Assembly (NCBI GenBank): GCA_018821175.1
Contig: JAHJMX010000089.1
Coordinates: forward strand, 1-30,007
Source of the DNA: Patescibacteria group bacterium
GTDB lineage: Bacteria > Patescibacteriota > Gracilibacteria > UBA1369 > PNNO01
Reading direction: 5' to 3'
Length of the DNA: 30,007 nucleotides
In this document: in pieces, positions 26,300 through 30,007 of the stretch
Numbering within the stretch: position 1 is the first letter of the stretch
Layout: the number at the start of each line of letters is the position of its first letter
The notes under the pieces: model-generated
The model's database searches: none
What the model was told of the DNA's origin: nothing
The model's input: only the letters and a program-made list of their open reading frames with translations
Made by a program: the position numbers and the translations under genes

Positions 26300-28381
26300 T
26301 TACCCCCAAATTACCAATCCTGCAATCAAAGGTGCAATAATTAATGCAATTGTGTTGATAACTTTTATCAACGCGTTTAAAGCAGGCCCAGCAGTGTCTT
26401 TGTATGGATCTCCAACAGTGTCTCCGACTACAGCAGCTTTGTGAGCTTCAGATCCTTTTCCACCAAAATGTCCATCTTCAATATATTTTTTTGCATTGTC
26501 CCAAGCTCCTCCACCTGTACACATATTAAGAGCCATTAAGAATCCAACTACGATAACTCCAGCTAGTAATCCTCCAAGAGCTAGAGGCCCTAGGAATACA
26601 CCAACTAAGATTGGAGAAACTACAGCCAAGATACCAGGGAAGACCATTTCGCGAAGTGCAGCTTTTGTAACGATATCTACGCATTGTTTGTAATCTGGTT
26701 GTGCTTTTCCGCTCATGATTCCTTTAATTTCTTTGAATTGTCTTCTTACTTCAACTACTACGGCATGAGCAGCTTTCCCAACTGATCCCATCAAAGATGA
26801 TGCGAATAAGAATGGCAAAAGTCCTCCGATAAATAATCCGATTAATACTCTGTAATCAGCAATGCTGAATACAAATTCGTGATTACTGTTTTTTGCTAAC
26901 TCCTCAGTGTAAGCCTGGAAGAGAACAAGTGCAGCTAATGCGGCACTACTAATTGCATAACCTTTTGTTACTGCCTTTGTTGTATTTCCAACTGCATCAA
27001 GTGCATCTGTATTTTTTCTAACTTTTTCTGGAAGGCCAGCCATTTCAGCTATTCCACCAGCGTTATCTGTTATTGGACCATAAGAATCAGTTGCGATTAC
27101 AAGTCCGGTAGTTGAAAGCATAGCTACAGCTGCGATTGCAATTCCGTAAATACCATTTCCAGCAGACGAAGCTTCTCCGAAGAAATACGCAATGATAATT
27201 CCAGTAACGATTAAAATTACTGGCAAGAATGTGCTTTCAAGTCCAACTGCAATACCAGCGATAACATTAGTTCCAGCACCAGTTTCGCAAGATTTTGCGA
27301 TTTTTTTAACAGGGCTATATTTAGTTGAAGTGTAATATTCAGTAATAAGAGTGATGAATACAGTGATTGCAAGTCCTACAAGGGTTGCATAGAAAAGGTT
27401 AATATCTCCAATCATGTATTGTGTAACGAAATAGAATCCAATAGCAGAAAGGACTCCAGTAACGATCATTCCTCTATATAGAGCTCCCATGATATTTGTT
27501 TTTCCTTCTCCAAGGTGCACAAACCAAGTTCCAACAATTGAAGTTAGAACAGCGACAGCTCCAAGAGCTAATGGATATTCAATCCCAGCAATTGCAAGTG
27601 TGTCAGTAAGAGTTGAAGCAGCTAAGATCATTGCGGCAATCAAAGTTACTGCATAAGTTTCAAAAAGGTCAGCTCCCATTCCAGCACAATCTCCAACATT
27701 ATCTCCAACGTTGTCAGCGATTACAGCTGGGTTTCGAGGATCATCTTCAGGGATACCTTTCTCCACTTTACCAACTATATCAGCTCCAACGTCAGCAGCT
27801 TTTGTATAAATACCACCTCCAACACGGGCGAAAAGTGAAACTAAAGAAGCTCCAAATGCGAATCCGATAAGTAGATTTGGTGCATCAGCAGAAGGAATAT
27901 TTAGTAAGTGTATGAATACGAAATAAAATCCAGAGACACCCAAAAGAGCAAGTCCAACTACAGCAAGTCCTGTAACTGCTCCTCCACGGAATGCAACAGC
28001 AAGGGCTTTTTGAAGACTTGTTTCTGCAGCGTGTGTAGTTCTAACATTTGCACGAACTGAAACATTCATTCCAATATATCCTGCAAGTGTTGAGAATATA
28101 GCTCCAACGAAAAAACCAACTGCTATAAGTAAGTTGTTGTTATAATCTCCTTTTGGAATTGTGTATGCAAGGACTAGGAAAATTAGAATTGTGAAGAACA
28201 GAACTGTAATTGTTTGCCTGTTCAAGTAAGCAGACGCTCCTTCTTGTATAGCTTTAGCGATTGCTTGCATCTTTTGTGATCCGCTTTCTTTTGAGAGTAC
28301 GTGGATGATAAGTCCAACAGCGTAAATTAACGCAACTAAACTCACGAGGATTGCGATCGTAGATACTTGGAAGAAATCCAT
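26300..28381 (-). CDS. hppA: Membrane-bound H+-translocating pyrophosphatase, K+-independent signature
   Basis: [96 protein letters not shown]. Confidence 0.96.
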   Translation of the reverse strand: MDFFQVSTIAILVSLVALIYAVGLIIHVLSKESGSQKMQAIAKAIQEGASAYLNRQTITVLFFTILIFLVLAYTIPKGDYNNNLLIAVGFFVGAIFSTLAGYIGMNVSVRANVRTTHAAETSLQKALAVAFRGGAVTGLAVVGLALLGVSGFYFVFIHLLNIPSADAPNLLIGFAFGASLVSLFARVGGGIYTKAADVGADIVGKVEKGIPEDDPRNPAVIADNVGDNVGDCAGMGADLFETYAVTLIAAMILAASTLTDTLAIAGIEYPLALGAVAVLTSIVGTWFVHLGEGKTNIMGALYRGMIVTGVLSAIGFYFVTQYMIGDINLFYATLVGLAITVFITLITEYYTSTKYSPVKKIAKSCETGAGTNVIAGIAVGLESTFLPVILIVTGIIIAYFFGEASSAGNGIYGIAIAAVAMLSTTGLVIATDSYGPITDNAGGIAEMAGLPEKVRKNTDALDAVGNTTKAVTKGYAISSAALAALVLFQAYTEELAKNSNHEFVFSIADYRVLIGLFIGGLLPFLFASSLMGSVGKAAHAVVVEVRRQFKEIKGIMSGKAQPDYKQCVDIVTKAALREMVFPGILAVVSPILVGVFLGPLALGGLLAGVIVVGFLMALNMCTGGGAWDNAKKYIEDGHFGGKGSEAHKAAVVGDTVGDPYKDTAGPALNALIKVINTIALIIAPLIAGLVIWG

Positions 28382-28571
28382 ACGAATAAAGTTAATGATA
28401 TATAAATTAAGACGTGCAACATATTAGCTTGAATAAGACGAAAAACCAACCTTTTTTAGGAATAAAGATTTGCATTAAATAGCGATTTGTTGAGCAATTT
28501 ATAAGAACATATTCACAATGTCCAATTTTTCCATTAGAATGCTCCTTGGTCTACTATTTAACAATTGAAAT

Positions 28572-29348
28572 ATGGAGGATCAGTATAATGGAAATAATCA
28601 TGAGCAAAATCATGCGCATGAAAATGAAAATAATTCTAATAACAATGCTAGTATGAAAAATGATTTCAAAGAGCACTTGGATGGTGCTATGGGGACTTTT
28701 AATGAAATTAAAAATCCAGGGAAGTTTTGTGTTAAGACAGAGTTCATGAATGCGATTGAGATTTTGAAGTTGAACGAGAAAAAAATGCAAGAAATTGCAA
28801 CAAGAAAGACAACTGCAACTGCAGCTCTTTTGTTTATTTTAATTGGGGTTGTTGCGATGGGACTTGGGACACAATTTATGCTTCCAGGTTGGCTTAGACC
28901 AAGTATGGGATATATGCTAATTTCAATGCTTTTTAATTTAGTAATGGTTATAGTTGGAATTTTTGCACTTGATTTTGTTGCTAATCAATTTTTCAAGGGT
29001 AAAGGTGATTTTGGACAATTGTTCCGTGTGTTTGGATATAGTTATATCCTTATGATTCCATATATTCTTCTACCTGTAGCGCCTGGGCTTTATTCTATAA
29101 TTGGTGCTGTAGCAGGAATATGGATGCTCGTAGTTATGTTTAAGACAATGGGATTAATTAAAAAATTGAATGTAGTTCATACTATCTTCTCACTTTTGAT
29201 TGTTGGTGTTGCTCTTGGAATTGTCATGACTATTTTTATGAATGTATTTGGTATTGGATATGGTTTTGGGATTGGTGGAGGATCTGCTGTTGCTGAAATC
29301 AACGACTGGACAGATGCACTTAATGCATTAGGTGATATTAATTACTAG
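28572..29348 (+). CDS. Yip1-domain membrane protein with Asn/His-rich N-terminus
   Basis: About five TM helices; ILKLNEKKMQEIAT...FKGKGDFGQLFRVFGYSYI...WMLVVMFKTMGLIKKLN pattern typical of prokaryotic Yip1-family proteins (recognised from memory). Confidence 0.65.
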   Translation: MEDQYNGNNHEQNHAHENENNSNNNASMKNDFKEHLDGAMGTFNEIKNPGKFCVKTEFMNAIEILKLNEKKMQEIATRKTTATAALLFILIGVVAMGLGTQFMLPGWLRPSMGYMLISMLFNLVMVIVGIFALDFVANQFFKGKGDFGQLFRVFGYSYILMIPYILLPVAPGLYSIIGAVAGIWMLVVMFKTMGLIKKLNVVHTIFSLLIVGVALGIVMTIFMNVFGIGYGFGIGGGSAVAEINDWTDALNALGDINY

Positions 29349-29372
29349 AATTCTAAGTAAAACTGAATTAAT

Positions 29373-29423
29373 CAAAACCCGTTCTTATTGTGACTAAATG
29401 TGGTTCCAAAAAGGCGGGTTTTG
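29373..29423 (+). terminator. Long-loop hairpin after the Yip1 gene
   Basis: CAAAACCCG (29373-29381) and CGGGTTTTG (29415-29423) form a perfect 9-bp inverted repeat; loop is unusually long. Confidence 0.5.
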
Positions 29424-29432
29424 TGCTATAAT
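29424..29432 (+). promoter_or_regulatory. Extended -10 promoter (TGnTATAAT)
   Basis: TGCTATAAT, identical to 15579-15587, about 30 nt before ATG 29463. Confidence 0.55.
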
Positions 29433-29462
29433 ATAAGGAATTTTTAAACGTTTAAGATTTCA

Positions 29463-30007
29463 ATGCCAAAAAAAGACAAAAATAATAAAACTGGGAAGAA
29501 CGGGGATGCGGCTTTAAACCCTTTTGCAAAGTCTTTGTTGAGTGGAAAGCCTGTTGTTAAAAGAATGAATTCTTCTAAGAAAAAAAACAATCAAAAACGT
29601 GGGGATAATAAAACTTTAAAAACTGTGCAGGTTGATCAACCGCCTGTGGTTATGGCTCCTAATGTTGTCGAGCCTAAACCAGAGGTTCTTGATAGAAAAA
29701 ATGCAGAAGAGTCAAAGCCAGTAGAAGATACCGTGGATGTAGATGATAAATCTTTTGATGAACTTTTGTTGGGGGATACTAATGAAATTATGGCAGAGGA
29801 AGAAAAAAATGCGTATGGAAGTGATACGGGATTTGATGAGAAAGTTGATGAAGTTGAACAAACCGAATCAGTTGATAAGGTTGAATCAGTTGATCAGGAT
29901 GAACCAGTTGAATTAGCTGAAGACATTAATGAGAATCAGGTTAGTTCAGTGTCGGATAGTTCTGAACCCGAACCCGAATCTGAACCTGGACCTGAACCTG
30001 AACCTGA
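29463..30007 (+). CDS. Low-complexity protein (basic N-terminus, acidic middle, Glu-Pro repeats), truncated by window edge
   Basis: Manual translation MPKKDKNNKTGKNGDAALNPFAKSLL...EKVDEVEQTESVDKVESVDQDE...SEPEPESEPGPEPEP, open to the end; absent from the ORF track. Confidence 0.75.
   Translation, partial: MPKKDKNNKTGKNGDAALNPFAKSLLSGKPVVKRMNSSKKKNNQKRGDNKTLKTVQVDQPPVVMAPNVVEPKPEVLDRKNAEESKPVEDTVDVDDKSFDELLLGDTNEIMAEEEKNAYGSDTGFDEKVDEVEQTESVDKVESVDQDEPVELAEDINENQVSSVSDSSEPEPESEPGPEPEP
29964..30007 (+). repeat. Hexamer tandem repeat (GAACCY) encoding Glu-Pro
   Basis: GAACCC GAACCC GAATCT GAACCT GGACCT GAACCT GAACCT GA, running off the window. Confidence 0.8.

Overview
AT-rich (roughly one-third GC by eye) bacterial chromosome segment read in code 11, mostly core and envelope genes. 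I found no tRNA, rRNA, CRISPR array, integrase or transposase. Gene content suggests Patescibacteria/CPR, most like Peregrinibacteria (inference only): SH3-SLH surface proteins, a lamin-tail protein, a FecR-Ig protein, DUF3048, almost no Shine-Dalgarno sites, and frr-rseP adjacent without uppS-cdsA-dxr. In order: OmpR-type response regulator (truncated, not in the ORF track) divergent from a degenerate histidine-kinase-like gene; TPR/membrane protein; AI-2E transporter; a minus-strand lamin-tail/DsbA/P1B-ATPase cluster; a 6S-like structured RNA; rny; two tandem SH3-SLH paralogues; CIRCE-groES-groEL; hypothetical-pyrH (1-nt frameshift)-frr-rseP; dnaA without dnaN; FecR-Ig protein; mltG; ybaB; rplY; DUF3048; DUF3006; K+-independent hppA; Yip1 protein; and a truncated acidic low-complexity ORF. 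Most notable: (1) an intact P1B-type ATPase that has lost all transmembrane metal ligands, (2) a recurring TAAC motif 12-16 nt before start codons in place of Shine-Dalgarno, (3) an unannotated 6S-like RNA upstream of rny, (4) further intact ORFs with eroded catalytic motifs (pseudo-kinase, RNase Y), (5) no TGA stop in 24 complete genes. All family assignments are from motif recognition by eye, with no database searches.
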